Shown here piece by piece: positions 47,267-57,205 of a DNA stretch of 64,000 bases. The notes beneath the pieces are model-generated. The model did not search any database. It was not told where the DNA came from and saw only the letters and a list, made by a program, of their open reading frames with translations. The DNA is from Kofleriaceae bacterium (GTDB taxonomy: Bacteria; Myxococcota_A; Polyangia; Haliangiales; Haliangiaceae): assembly GCA_965215005.1 (NCBI GenBank), contig CBDCCZ010000012.1, positions 1 through 64,000 on the forward strand, in the 5' to 3' direction. How positions within the stretch are numbered: position 1 is the stretch's first letter; each line of letters begins with the position of its first letter. The translations under genes and the position numbers were made by a program.

Positions 47267-50158
47267 TTACCGCGACGCCAGCCACCGCTGCACCACGCCT
47301 CGCTCTTCATTCGTAGCAGTGCTGGCGCGCTCGTACAGCGCCAGCGACTCGCGCGCCAGAGAGACGGCGCGCGGTCGGGTTTCGGCTTGCTGCCACAGCG
47401 CCCGTGCCAGCCCAAATTGCGCCTCTGCGACCACCTCGGGCGGATTGCTGCTCGCCGCCAAGATCCGCTGCGCGCGCTCCAGATGCGCGATGGCGGCCTC
47501 GCTCCAACCAGCATCGAACGCGTTTTGTCCCCGGGCCACGAGGAGCATTCCGACCCGCTGATGCTCCTGCCCGAGCGTGGTTGCCGCATCAGCGGTGGCC
47601 GCCATAAACGCCTCTTCGGCGTCGCGATACCGATGCTGCGCGTTCAGCGCCCGCCCCAGCGTGTGCTGCGTGAACGCTCGATTGAGCGAGGGCGCCGGGT
47701 CCAGGTCGCCAAGCACCTGCCGAAGCGAGGCTTCGGCGCGCGCCGCTTCGCCCGTCTCGAGTGCAACCTCCGCCAGCACGATGCGCGCCGACATGACGTG
47801 CGGGTGGGCGATACCGAGCTGCGCGCGCAGAAGCTCGAGCGCCTTGGCCATTTCGGCTTCCGCGCGGGCGAAGTCTTTTAGCTTCGCGACGCTCAGCGAT
47901 AGGTTGAATCGCGCCTTGGCAAGCGCCAACGAGTCCGACGCACCGGTGGTCGTCGCCATCGCGATGATCTGCTCGTACGCGCCCACAGCCTCGCGATAGT
48001 TGCCGCGCTCTGCAAACACCGCCGCCAAGTTGTTGAGCGTGCCGCTGAGCCGGGGATGCTCGGGTCCGAGCTCCTCCAGAAGCAGCGCTCGCTCGCGCTC
48101 GAAATAGCCCTGCGCCTCGCTCAAGCGGTTGCGCCGAAGCGCCACCTGTCCGAGCCCTTCGACCACCCGCGCTTCGTCGAGCGGCGCGGCGGCCGGCAGT
48201 GCCTCGATGATCGCCAGACCCTGACGCAGGTAGGTTTCTGCGCGATCCAGCTCGTGCTTGCCGCGCATCACGTGGCCGAGCGCGCCCAGCCAATGCGCGC
48301 GCAACCGCTGGCTGCCGCTCATCTCGAGCACCAGCTCCGCCGGTAGGATCATCGCCTCGGCCGCTGCAAAATCAGCGCGAGTATCGCCGACCAGCGAGAT
48401 CAAATCGGTCCAAAGCCGCGCCTGGGCATCGACGTCCTTGGCCTCGGCCGCCGCATGCAAGGCCGCTTCGAGGGTGGTGCGCGCGCGGTCGAAGGCGCCG
48501 GTTTTGACCTGCGCGCGACCGAGCAGCTCGAGCCCGTGCGCCCGCAGCGTCGCCGGCGCCCCACCAGCGCGCTCGACCACCGCCGCCGCTATCCGCTGGG
48601 CATCGGCGTAACGGCCGGCGTGGACCAGCACCTCCGCGCGGTCGAGTTCTTCGCGCTCCAGTCGCCACGCGCCATCATCCGCCAGCGCTGGCGCGAGCTC
48701 GGTGCAATCCCGCAAGCCCGCGGTGAGGCCGCGAACGGCTGCCACCGCTTCGTCGATCACCGATGCAGCGCCGGCGCCTTCGAACAGATGCGTGAGCTCG
48801 TCGAGCTGCTCGAGCTTGCGATCAAGGCAGCTCACGCGCTGATCCAACAGCGCCTCCGACTGCTCGCCAAACACGCGAGTGGCGCGACAGGTTTGGGTTC
48901 GCTGGGCACTCCACGCCTGGCCGTATTGAGTCACCAGACTGTCGACGCGCGCAAAGGTGGCCGCTGCGTGGCGCTTGCCGGTCGCCGCAAACCGCTGCGA
49001 CACCCCCGCCGCCGCTGCCTCATTCCAAATTTCTGCAAAGCGCTCTTCGCTGCCCGCACATAGCTGCGCGCCTGCAACGCTGCGTTGCGCGGCAAAGCCC
49101 CAAGCACCAGCTGCGCAGATCAGCCCCAGCGAGCCTGCGAGCACCGCTTGCCGGCGGCGACGGCGATCGAGGAAGGCCTGCAATGCCGCGTGCAGCTCAC
49201 AGGTGGTAGCGAAGCGATTGCGGGGTCGACGGGCCATGCCGCGCACCAGGATGCGCCGCAGCGACCGCGGCAACTTGTGCCACCGCGCCGGCGTCGCGCG
49301 CTGATCGGACAGCACCGCGCGGCGAATCTCCTGCGAGTCGACGCCATCGAAGGGGCGTTGGCCGCAGAGCACCTCGAACAGCGACACGCACAGGCTGAAC
49401 TGGTCGGAAAATGGCGTGGCTCGGCCGCCGCGATGCTGCTCGGGAGACATGTATGCCGGCGTTCCCAAGGTGATGCCGCTGCGGGTGATCTCGATGCTGA
49501 GCTGACGGAGGTCGGTTTGCGAGGAGTCATCGCGCGCTTCTTCGGGCTCGTGCGTGGCGCGCGCGAGACCAAAATCCACCAGCTTCACCCGGCCATTCTG
49601 ACCGACGATGATGTTGCTCGGCTTGATGTCGCGATGAACGAGTCCGGCGCGATGCGCGGCCGCGAGCCCACTGCAGGCATCGGCGAACACGCGGACGATT
49701 TCGCGCACGCTTGGACGCGCGGCGGCCACCCACTCCTTGATGGTGAGCCCTTCCACGAGCTCCATCGCGATGAACACCTCGTCTTCGTGCGTGCCCACGT
49801 CGTGCACGGCCACCACGTTGGGATGCGTGACCTTGGCCAGCGCTTGGGCTTCGCGCGCCAGCCGCTCGCGTCGCGATTCGTCGGCGGCAATACCTCCGGT
49901 ATCGGAGCGCATCAGCTTGATCGCCACCACCCGCTCCAGGCGCGGATCGAAAGCGCGATAGACGACGGAGAAGCCGCCGGCGCCGAGGCCATCGAGGATC
50001 ACGAAACGACCTACGTGGCTGCCTTCTGGAAGCACCAGCGTGTCGTCGCGCGCGATGAACACCTTGGGGTCTCGGCCCGTCGGGTCCTCGCCGCGAGTGA
50101 GAATTTCGGTATCGGCAAGAGCCGTCGTGTAGCTGGGTTCTGCGTGGGAAGACTTCAT
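47267..50158 (-). CDS. Membrane-anchored Ser/Thr protein kinase with TPR repeats (myxobacterial type)
   Basis: LGAGGFSVVY, VAIK, HRDIKPSN, DFGLA, GTPAYMSPEQ, SDQFS; TM segment; TPRs 'LGPEHP...LNNLA'. Confidence 0.95.
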   Translation of the reverse strand: MKSSHAEPSYTTALADTEILTRGEDPTGRDPKVFIARDDTLVLPEGSHVGRFVILDGLGAGGFSVVYRAFDPRLERVVAIKLMRSDTGGIAADESRRERLAREAQALAKVTHPNVVAVHDVGTHEDEVFIAMELVEGLTIKEWVAAARPSVREIVRVFADACSGLAAAHRAGLVHRDIKPSNIIVGQNGRVKLVDFGLARATHEPEEARDDSSQTDLRQLSIEITRSGITLGTPAYMSPEQHRGGRATPFSDQFSLCVSLFEVLCGQRPFDGVDSQEIRRAVLSDQRATPARWHKLPRSLRRILVRGMARRPRNRFATTCELHAALQAFLDRRRRRQAVLAGSLGLICAAGAWGFAAQRSVAGAQLCAGSEERFAEIWNEAAAAGVSQRFAATGKRHAAATFARVDSLVTQYGQAWSAQRTQTCRATRVFGEQSEALLDQRVSCLDRKLEQLDELTHLFEGAGAASVIDEAVAAVRGLTAGLRDCTELAPALADDGAWRLEREELDRAEVLVHAGRYADAQRIAAAVVERAGGAPATLRAHGLELLGRAQVKTGAFDRARTTLEAALHAAAEAKDVDAQARLWTDLISLVGDTRADFAAAEAMILPAELVLEMSGSQRLRAHWLGALGHVMRGKHELDRAETYLRQGLAIIEALPAAAPLDEARVVEGLGQVALRRNRLSEAQGYFERERALLLEELGPEHPRLSGTLNNLAAVFAERGNYREAVGAYEQIIAMATTTGASDSLALAKARFNLSLSVAKLKDFARAEAEMAKALELLRAQLGIAHPHVMSARIVLAEVALETGEAARAEASLRQVLGDLDPAPSLNRAFTQHTLGRALNAQHRYRDAEEAFMAATADAATTLGQEHQRVGMLLVARGQNAFDAGWSEAAIAHLERAQRILAASSNPPEVVAEAQFGLARALWQQAETRPRAVSLARESLALYERASTATNEERGVVQRWLASR

Positions 50159-50189
50159 GCAAATCCGCCGCGGCACCGACCGCCTCTTC

Positions 50190-50230
50190 ATCTTATATTT
50201 TTCTCGTATTTTGTTTAACGTTTTTTTTCG
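50190..50230 (-). promoter_or_regulatory. AT-rich sigma70-like promoter region of the kinase gene
   Basis: Minus strand A8...TTAAAC-N17-TAAGAT with several A-tracts in a GC-rich background. Confidence 0.5.
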
Positions 50231-50332
50231 AGAAGACGAAGCGCAGGCACGTGCAGGTATGCGGCGCTGTTTGCGGCGCCTACACCGCCTCAGCGCGAGC
50301 TACCGTGCGGCTGACGCGTATTCGTCAACGAA

Positions 50333-51850
50333 TCAGCGCAGATGTCGCGCTTGCCGGCGCGGGACCCCGGCCGGTGCCGCGGAGGCGGCCGGAACCGGCG
50401 CCTCGAGGTGCGCTTCGAGATGCGCGGGAACGCTGCGTCCGGGGCGCACGAAGTCGGCGGCCAAAACGGGCGCGACCTGCCGCGGGCGCAGGCATTTCTC
50501 TTCGACGAGATAGCGAAACACCAAGCGATTGAGACGAGGCAGAGCAATGCCCGAAAACGGGCCTACTTGGTCTGCGAGCCAGTCGGTGAACGCTGCGAAT
50601 TCCACGAACGGCGAGCCCTCGCCCCAGAGCAGGCGCACGCTGTCGCGGAAGTTGCCGCTGTTACTCACCAAATCCCAGGCGCGAGCGAATCGCTTGAGAC
50701 GCTGGAGCTCGGCAAACGACAACACACCGCTCGCAAGCAGCTCGTACGGCGGATCCTCGGAGTAGACCATCTGCCATTCGAGGTCGTGGCGCGTGATGGG
50801 CGTGCCGCGCAGGCGCTTGAGAATTCCAACCTGAATTTCCTGGGGAGCCAGCGCCACCAGCTCGTCGAACCCGCGCCCAAAGGATGCCAGGTCCTCGCCG
50901 GGCAATCCCGCGATGAGGTCGGCGTGCACGTGGACGTGGGTATGCTCGCGCAAAAAAGCCAGATTCTCAGCCACCGCCGCGTAATCCTGACGCCGGCTAA
51001 TGCGCGCAGCCGTCGCTGGATCGAAGGTTTGAATGCCGACCTCGAGCTGCAGCGACCCCGGCGGAAACCGCGCCAACGTCGCGCGCAGCTCGGCGGGGAG
51101 TCGGTCGGGAATCATCTCGAAGTGCAGAAATGCGCCGGGCTCGAGGCGGGCGAGAAAGAACTCGAGGATCGCTTGCGAGGTGCTCGGCTTGAGGTTGAAC
51201 GTGCGGTCGATGAACTTGAAGTGACGCACGCCGCGCTGCCATAGGGTGTCCATCGCGGAGAGAAAGCGCGGCAACGGAAACGGCCGCACCTTCGAGTCGA
51301 GCGACGACAGGCAGAACTCGCAGCGGAACGGACAGCCGCGCGACGCTTCCACATAGATGACGCGATCGCGCACGTCGCGATCGTCATAGAGAGGATACGG
51401 CTCGGTGAGCTCGGACAGCGGCGGCAGCCCGCCGGCGACGACCCGGGTGAGCGGCCGGGTGCCGGCGAAGATGCGCGTCGCGAGCTCGCGAAACGCCAGC
51501 TCGCCCTCGCCCGTCACTACGTAGTCAGCCAACGCGCAGATCGGCTGCACGTCGACCTCGTGCGACACCTCGGGTCCACCCACGACGATCACGATGTCCG
51601 GGGCGACGCGCCGCAGGATCCGCACCAGCTGCAAGCTTGCCGCGGCGTTCCAGATGTAAACGCCGATACCAACGATGCGCGGCGACTCAGCGAGGATGGC
51701 CTCAGCGATGTCCGCGGGGCGGTCCTGGATGACAAACTCAGAGATGGTCGTGCGTGACCGCAGCTCGCCGAGATTGGCGGCGAGATAGCGCAGCGCCAGC
51801 GAAGCGTGGGCATAGCGCGCGTTGAGCGTGGTGAGAACGATATCGGCCAA
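50333..51850 (-). CDS. B12-binding domain radical SAM protein (DUF4080-type)
   Basis: TTLNARYAH.SLALRYL, GVYIWN, GGPEVS, GEGE, EASRGCPFRCEFC (CxxxCxxC), DRTFN, DLIAGLPGE. Confidence 0.92.
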   Translation of the reverse strand: MADIVLTTLNARYAHASLALRYLAANLGELRSRTTISEFVIQDRPADIAEAILAESPRIVGIGVYIWNAAASLQLVRILRRVAPDIVIVVGGPEVSHEVDVQPICALADYVVTGEGELAFRELATRIFAGTRPLTRVVAGGLPPLSELTEPYPLYDDRDVRDRVIYVEASRGCPFRCEFCLSSLDSKVRPFPLPRFLSAMDTLWQRGVRHFKFIDRTFNLKPSTSQAILEFFLARLEPGAFLHFEMIPDRLPAELRATLARFPPGSLQLEVGIQTFDPATAARISRRQDYAAVAENLAFLREHTHVHVHADLIAGLPGEDLASFGRGFDELVALAPQEIQVGILKRLRGTPITRHDLEWQMVYSEDPPYELLASGVLSFAELQRLKRFARAWDLVSNSGNFRDSVRLLWGEGSPFVEFAAFTDWLADQVGPFSGIALPRLNRLVFRYLVEEKCLRPRQVAPVLAADFVRPGRSVPAHLEAHLEAPVPAASAAPAGVPRRQARHLR

Positions 51851-51981
51851 AACGCGCCCATCATGGCCCAAGCTCTGCTGCGTTTCCACGCTTCTTCCAA
51901 TGCGCACGCGGTGTGCATGGTGGCGCCGCTGCGCTTCCACAGGCCGCGGGGCGTCACTCGCCCGCCATCGCCGCGCCACGC

Positions 51982-52031
51982 TGACACCGGCATGTCCAAA
52001 TCGTGACGGTACCTGACCGGCACGTGACGGT
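51982..52031. promoter_or_regulatory. Phased direct repeats (TG[A/T]C cores every 10-11 bp), putative winged-helix regulator array
   Basis: Cores at 51982, 51993, 52004, 52014 and 52025; CGTGACGGT occurs twice, 21 bp apart. Confidence 0.45.
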
Positions 52032-52062
52032 GGCCCGGGGCGAACCTCGCTAGGCTCGCGTC

Positions 52063-52890
52063 ATGAGCTCAACCCCCGCCACCGCCTCCGTCGAGCCGTT
52101 CGCCGATGGCCAAACGTTTCGCCGCCTGCAGCGGAGCTTCTTCGACCTGGCCGAGAAGAAGCGCCGGTGGAACATCGACGATGACATCCCGTGGAGCACC
52201 GCAACGGGCGCGGTGGATCCCAACTTGGTCGAGGTCCTCGAGGCGTTTTACGCCACCGAGATGTTTCTCCCCGACTACAGCTCCAAGCTCATTGCCCTCA
52301 ACCGCGACAATCAGGGCATGGCGTGGTTCTTGACCAACTGGAGCTACGAAGAATCCAAGCATTCCATGGCCATCGAGCAGTGGATGCTGCGCTCCGGTCG
52401 CCGCACCGAGCAGCAAATGGACCAGCTCAACGAAGAGCTGCTGGCCAAGGAGTGGCAACTACCGTTTCACACCGGCCGCCAGATGACGATTTACGCCTGC
52501 ATCCAAGAGCTGGCGACGCAGCGCAACTATCTCAACCTCGCCAAGCTCACGGTTGCCGGCGGAGATGAGGCTCTGCAACGCATGTTGCGGCTCATCGCCA
52601 GTGATGAAGGAGTGCACCACAAGATGATGGTTGACTGCGTCCTCGAGTATCTGCGCGTCGACCGCGCTGGCACCCTCGCCGACTTCGCCACCGTGCTCGC
52701 CAACTTCGCAATGCCGGCCCACGACATCATCCCCGACTGGGAGCGGCGCGGCGCGCTCATCGAGGAGCTGCGCATCTATAGCGGCCGTCAGTTCGTCCGC
52801 GAGGTGCTGCTGCCGACATTGAAGCGGGTCGGGGTCGACCGCCGCGAGCTTCGCCCCCCCGCAGCACCGGCGCATGCGGCAGCGTCGTGA
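52063..52890 (+). CDS. Acyl-ACP desaturase-like ferritin-fold di-iron protein
   Basis: TE..LPDY, W..EE.KH, QELAT, IASDE..H, F.MP. Confidence 0.88.
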   Translation: MSSTPATASVEPFADGQTFRRLQRSFFDLAEKKRRWNIDDDIPWSTATGAVDPNLVEVLEAFYATEMFLPDYSSKLIALNRDNQGMAWFLTNWSYEESKHSMAIEQWMLRSGRRTEQQMDQLNEELLAKEWQLPFHTGRQMTIYACIQELATQRNYLNLAKLTVAGGDEALQRMLRLIASDEGVHHKMMVDCVLEYLRVDRAGTLADFATVLANFAMPAHDIIPDWERRGALIEELRIYSGRQFVREVLLPTLKRVGVDRRELRPPAAPAHAAAS

Positions 52891-53014
52891 TTGCCGCCAG
52901 CCGTGGCAGAACGACGGAGGGAGTGTGCGGGTCTGCGAGCCGGATGCGCGGGTGCAGGATGGGGAGATCGCGGGCATTGGGACGCGATCTGCCGGCGGGC
53001 TTGCGACCTAACCA

Positions 53015-53031
53015 TTGGCATGAGCCGTGCG
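53015..53031 (+). promoter_or_regulatory. Putative sigma54 promoter upstream of infC
   Basis: TTGGCATGAGCCGTGCG (GG-N10-GC). Confidence 0.45.
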
Positions 53032-53139
53032 GTTCTGGCGACAAACCGGCGCGCTCGCGCGTCGCACGTGCTAAATCCCTAGCATGACGCATCGGCCTCG
53101 GCCTACTGCTCGCACACACCTCATAGGAGACAGGTACAT

Positions 53140-53676
53140 TTGAGAAGGAAAAGCTTCGGTAAGCGCCCCCGGCCCGAAGGCCCTCGCATGAACCACCGAA
53201 TCCGCATCTCGCCGATTCGCGTGGTCATGGAAGATGGCACTCAGCTGGGCGTGATACCCACAGAAGAAGCTCTCGCCAAAGCTAGAGAGCTCGGTCTCGA
53301 CCTCCTCGAGATCTCGCCCAACGCGCGGCCGCCCGTCTGTAAGATCATCGATGCAGGTCGGTGGAAGTACGATCAGTCGAAGAAGCAGCGCGAGGCGAAG
53401 AAGAACGCCACTAAGGTCGAGCTCAAGCAGATCAAGCTCCGTCCCAAGACGGATGAGCACGACATCGCGTTCAAAGCGCGGCATGCTCGGCGCTTTCTCG
53501 AAGAGGGCAACAAAGTGCAGTTCGTGGTCCGCTTTCGCGGCCGCGAGAATGCCCATCCCGAGACCGGCCGCGCTGCGCTCGACAAGATCATGCACTCGCT
53601 GGTCGATCTGGCGAAGCTCGAGCAGATGCCTAAGTACGAAAATCGCGTCATGACCATGACCGTGGCCCCCAAGTAG
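53140..53676 (+). CDS. infC: Translation initiation factor IF-3
   Basis: N..IR...IRV, LDLLEISPNARPPVCKIID.G..KY, KQIKLRPKTDEHD, FLEEGNKV, FRGRE; AGGAG SD with TTG start. Confidence 0.96.
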   Translation: MRRKSFGKRPRPEGPRMNHRIRISPIRVVMEDGTQLGVIPTEEALAKARELGLDLLEISPNARPPVCKIIDAGRWKYDQSKKQREAKKNATKVELKQIKLRPKTDEHDIAFKARHARRFLEEGNKVQFVVRFRGRENAHPETGRAALDKIMHSLVDLAKLEQMPKYENRVMTMTVAPK

Positions 53677-53818
53677 CCGGTGACGTCGCCGCGCGTCCGG
53701 CGTCGGGCGCGCGCTGACTAGGCCGGGCGCGCTGGCTACTTCTGCGGTGGCCTTCGGCTGCGCTTGAAAGCGCTCCGGCATGGCAACCGTTGGGTGCCTC
53801 CGCGGGCGCAACGAGCGT

Positions 53819-54823
53819 TCACGGTGCGCCCGCGATCGCCAGACGCACCCGATACAGCCCTTGCCTCGCGGTGATGTAGAGCGTGCGCCGATCGGCATCT
53901 CCGAAGGCGCAGTTGGCGGGGACGCGAGAGCCGCCCTCGTCCGAGGGCAGCTCGATGATTCCCCATAACGTGCCCTCTGGAGCATGCACGGCCACGCCTG
54001 CGCCGGTCGTCACGTACAAGTTTCCCGCCGCATCCACAGCCATGCCATCGGCTTGTGGCGCCGAACCGATGAAGACGCGCTCTTGCGACAGGCTGCCATC
54101 GGCGGCAACGTCGTAGACGCGCACCAGCCCGCCAGCAGTTTCCGTGTCGGCGACGTAGAGCCGGGTTTCATCGGGCGACAGAGCCACGCCGTTGGGCCGC
54201 GAATCCAGCGGCCCCTGCCACTCGGCCACCAGCTCGCCGGCCGGGCTGAGGCGAAATACTCCATTGAACGGCAGCTCGCGGTCGGAGGGGTTCTGCAGCA
54301 GACCGTACGGAGGATCCGTGAAGTAGATCGTGCCGTCGCTGCGCACCACTAGATCATTGGGCGAGTTGAAACGCTGTCCCTCATATGTCGCGACCAAGGT
54401 CTCGGGCTCGCCGTTCTCGAGCGTCCTTGAGACGCGTCGCGTGCCGTGCTCGGCAGCAAGCAGCCGGCCCTGCCGATCCAGCGCCAGCCCATTGGACTGC
54501 CCGCTTGGCGACCGAAATACCGTGATCGTCGACGGCGGCGTGAGCTGATACATCACGTTCGCGAGGATGTCCGAGAACAGCAACACCGCCTCGCTCGGCA
54601 CCCATACCGGACCCTCAATGAACCTGAATTGCGCCGCAACGAGCTCGACGTCCCCGATGCCCTCGAGCGGATTGACCGGCTCGGAGCTGCCGTCAGCAGG
54701 CCCGGGATCACCGCTGCCGCCATCGCTGACCGGGCCGCCACGAGCGGCATCGGGAACCTGCGAGGCGGTATCGTCACCGCACGCGCTGACAAACAGGAGC
54801 GTGACGACGAGCGGGCGAAGCAT
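53819..54823 (-). CDS. SMP-30/gluconolactonase family lipoprotein
   Basis: VSA-C lipobox; EGPVW, LFSDI, SNGL, FNSPND, YFTDP.YG, PNG..LSPDE, DGMAVD. Confidence 0.92.
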   Translation of the reverse strand: MLRPLVVTLLFVSACGDDTASQVPDAARGGPVSDGGSGDPGPADGSSEPVNPLEGIGDVELVAAQFRFIEGPVWVPSEAVLLFSDILANVMYQLTPPSTITVFRSPSGQSNGLALDRQGRLLAAEHGTRRVSRTLENGEPETLVATYEGQRFNSPNDLVVRSDGTIYFTDPPYGLLQNPSDRELPFNGVFRLSPAGELVAEWQGPLDSRPNGVALSPDETRLYVADTETAGGLVRVYDVAADGSLSQERVFIGSAPQADGMAVDAAGNLYVTTGAGVAVHAPEGTLWGIIELPSDEGGSRVPANCAFGDADRRTLYITARQGLYRVRLAIAGAP

Positions 54824-54865
54824 GCATCACAGCGTAGCCCGCAGCGGCTGCCACGGCGATGGCAT

Positions 54866-55279
54866 TTATCGCTCGCGATCCCGCGACGCGCTCGGGTCGC
54901 TCGGGTTTCGCGCAAACCACCACGCCCACGCGATGAAGACCCCTTGCAACGGCAGCCGTATCCACGCCAGCGTGGCGTTGGCAAACAGCGGTGGCAGGTC
55001 CGGGTGCTCGAGACCGCCACTGAGCGCGTGATAGAGGTTCGCGGGGAACACCGCCACGAGCGTCGCGATGAGTCCCCATGCCGCGAGCCGCTCGGTGCGT
55101 GGCCAGAGGAGCAGCGCCCCCAATCCGGCCTCGATTAAGCCAGAGAGGTACACGAGCAGCCGTGGCGCGGGCAGCATCGGCGGAATCAGCGCGGCGTACA
55201 CCGCCGGCTGCAGGAAGTGATTGATGCCGGCAGCGATGAACAGGACCGCTAGCAGCCACTTGAGTACGGTCCTCAGCAT
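54866..55279 (-). CDS. DoxX-like membrane protein
   Basis: F..AG..HF..P, SG..E, LVAVFPAN, RLPLQ. Confidence 0.85.
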   Translation of the reverse strand: MLRTVLKWLLAVLFIAAGINHFLQPAVYAALIPPMLPAPRLLVYLSGLIEAGLGALLLWPRTERLAAWGLIATLVAVFPANLYHALSGGLEHPDLPPLFANATLAWIRLPLQGVFIAWAWWFARNPSDPSASRDRER

Positions 55280-55344
55280 TGGATGCTGCTATCGACTTGC
55301 CGCCTGCGCATCGCGCTGTGCAGACGCTCGATTGATCCGCGCAA

Positions 55345-57012
55345 CTACGCGCGGCGCGCCACCGGAGAGGCCGAGCGACGATCGGCGGTGGCATCCCAAG
55401 GCCGAATTTTCAGCTTCGGGTTGCGAGAATCCGGCCGCCCCGCCGCGCGCTCGAACTGCGCCGCTAGGTGCGTCGCCACCTCGACCACGGTGCGATTCTC
55501 GCCAATGCGAATCGCGCCGATGTCCTTGCTGCGCACGTCGCCGCGGCGACACACCATCGCCAGCACCCGACTGGGATTGGCGCCAGAGCGCGCTCCCCAG
55601 CTCACGTGAAACGGCGTAAACGAACCGCTGCCGCGCGGCGTGTGCTCGCGGCCCGCCGGCCGCCGATCTCGTCCCGCCGCAGGCGACGGCGTCTGCAGCG
55701 AGCACGGCGCGCAGGGGCCGGTGTGAGTGCCGCGGGCCAGCAAACTGGCAACCACCGCAGCGGGGTCGGCGTCGGCGAGCAGCGCATCGGCCAGAGCGCG
55801 CAATCGCGCATCCGCTGGCGGCGCATCGGACAGCTCGCTCAGCAATCGCGCATCGGCCAACGCGTGAATCTCCGCCGCCGTCGGCACCGGCCGCCATGAG
55901 AGCCGGATTCCGGCGCGTCGCAGGTGGTGCTCGAAGCGGCGCTGCGCCGCCACCGGCACCAGAGCCACGCTGGTCCCCTTGTTGCCCGCGCGACCGGTGC
56001 GACCGCTGCGATGGGTGAGCACCTCGGGATTCTCGGGCAAGTCAAAGTGCACCACTTGCGTGACATCTGCGATGTCGAGACCGCGCGCCGCGACATCGGT
56101 GGCGACCACGATGCGCACTGCATCGGCGCGAAACGCCTCGAGCGTGGCCGTGCGCTCGCGCTGGCCCATCTCACCGCTGAGCGCCGTCGCCGAGAACCCC
56201 CGGGCAGCCAGCGCCGTGGCGATCTCCGTGGTCGCCGCGCGGGTGCGCACGAACACCAGCGTGCGGCTCTCGGGCGCCGCCAGCAGCAAATTGATGAGCG
56301 CCGGCAACCGGTCGCTGCCGCGCACCAAGTGGCCCACGTGCTCGATGTCTTCGTGGGCCGCTCCCATCGAGGTGCCCTGCACCGCCACCGCGTCGCGCTG
56401 ATAGCGGTCGGCCAGGCCTAGGACCTCGCGCGGCAACGTCGCCGACACCAGGTGGGTGCGCCGCTCCGCCGCCGTGACATCGAGAATCTTTGCCAAGTCT
56501 TCGGCAAAGCCCATGTCCAGCATCTCATCGGCCTCGTCGAGCACCGCCGCCCGCACACCCCACAAGTCGAGCGTGCCGCGGTCGAGGTGATCCACCAGCC
56601 GCCCCGGCGTCCCGACCACGACCTGAGGCTGCTCGCGAAGCGCCCGCACGTCGCCACCAAACGGCGTGCCGCCGGTTACCGACACCACCCGCACTCCCAG
56701 CGGCTGATACAGCCACGACAGCTCGCCGGCGATCTGCGCCGCCAGCTCGCGGGTTGGTGCGATCAATAGAACCCGCGGTCGCGCCGCCTGCCGGCCCTGG
56801 GGCGATTCGAGGTCCTCGAGCGCCGACGCCAGCACCAGGCCGATCGCCACGGTCTTGCCCGAACCCGTACGCGACGAGATTCGCAGATCGCGCCCCACGA
56901 GCTCGGGGTCGAGCACTGCCTGCTGCACCGCAGTGAGGGAGGTGAAGCCGCGGGATTGCAGGGCGGCAGCAAGAGGCTCGGGAACGGCGGCAAACGGTAC
57001 ATCGGAAGTCAT
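55345..57012 (-). CDS. DEAD-box RNA helicase with C-terminal DbpA RNA-binding domain (DeaD/CsdA-like)
   Basis: Q motif, TGSGKT, PTRELA, TPGR, DEAD, SAT, ARGLD, HRSGRTGRAG, DIGAIRI; GGAGG SD. Confidence 0.93.
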   Translation of the reverse strand: MTSDVPFAAVPEPLAAALQSRGFTSLTAVQQAVLDPELVGRDLRISSRTGSGKTVAIGLVLASALEDLESPQGRQAARPRVLLIAPTRELAAQIAGELSWLYQPLGVRVVSVTGGTPFGGDVRALREQPQVVVGTPGRLVDHLDRGTLDLWGVRAAVLDEADEMLDMGFAEDLAKILDVTAAERRTHLVSATLPREVLGLADRYQRDAVAVQGTSMGAAHEDIEHVGHLVRGSDRLPALINLLLAAPESRTLVFVRTRAATTEIATALAARGFSATALSGEMGQRERTATLEAFRADAVRIVVATDVAARGLDIADVTQVVHFDLPENPEVLTHRSGRTGRAGNKGTSVALVPVAAQRRFEHHLRRAGIRLSWRPVPTAAEIHALADARLLSELSDAPPADARLRALADALLADADPAAVVASLLARGTHTGPCAPCSLQTPSPAAGRDRRPAGREHTPRGSGSFTPFHVSWGARSGANPSRVLAMVCRRGDVRSKDIGAIRIGENRTVVEVATHLAAQFERAAGRPDSRNPKLKIRPWDATADRRSASPVARRA

Positions 57013-57205
57013 CGGAAGCCACCTCCTAGCATGCCCAGCCGCGCAGGAACACAAGAACCGCAATTGGCCACCCACCGCAACCGCTCAGTTGCCCCCCACT
57101 GCTGCACCTCGTCTTCGCAAATCGACCGCGTTTCCCACCGCGCCCATCCGCCACCGGGCACATCATCGTCACCGACCTGGAGCCGCATCGTCTATTCTCA
57201 CCGCC

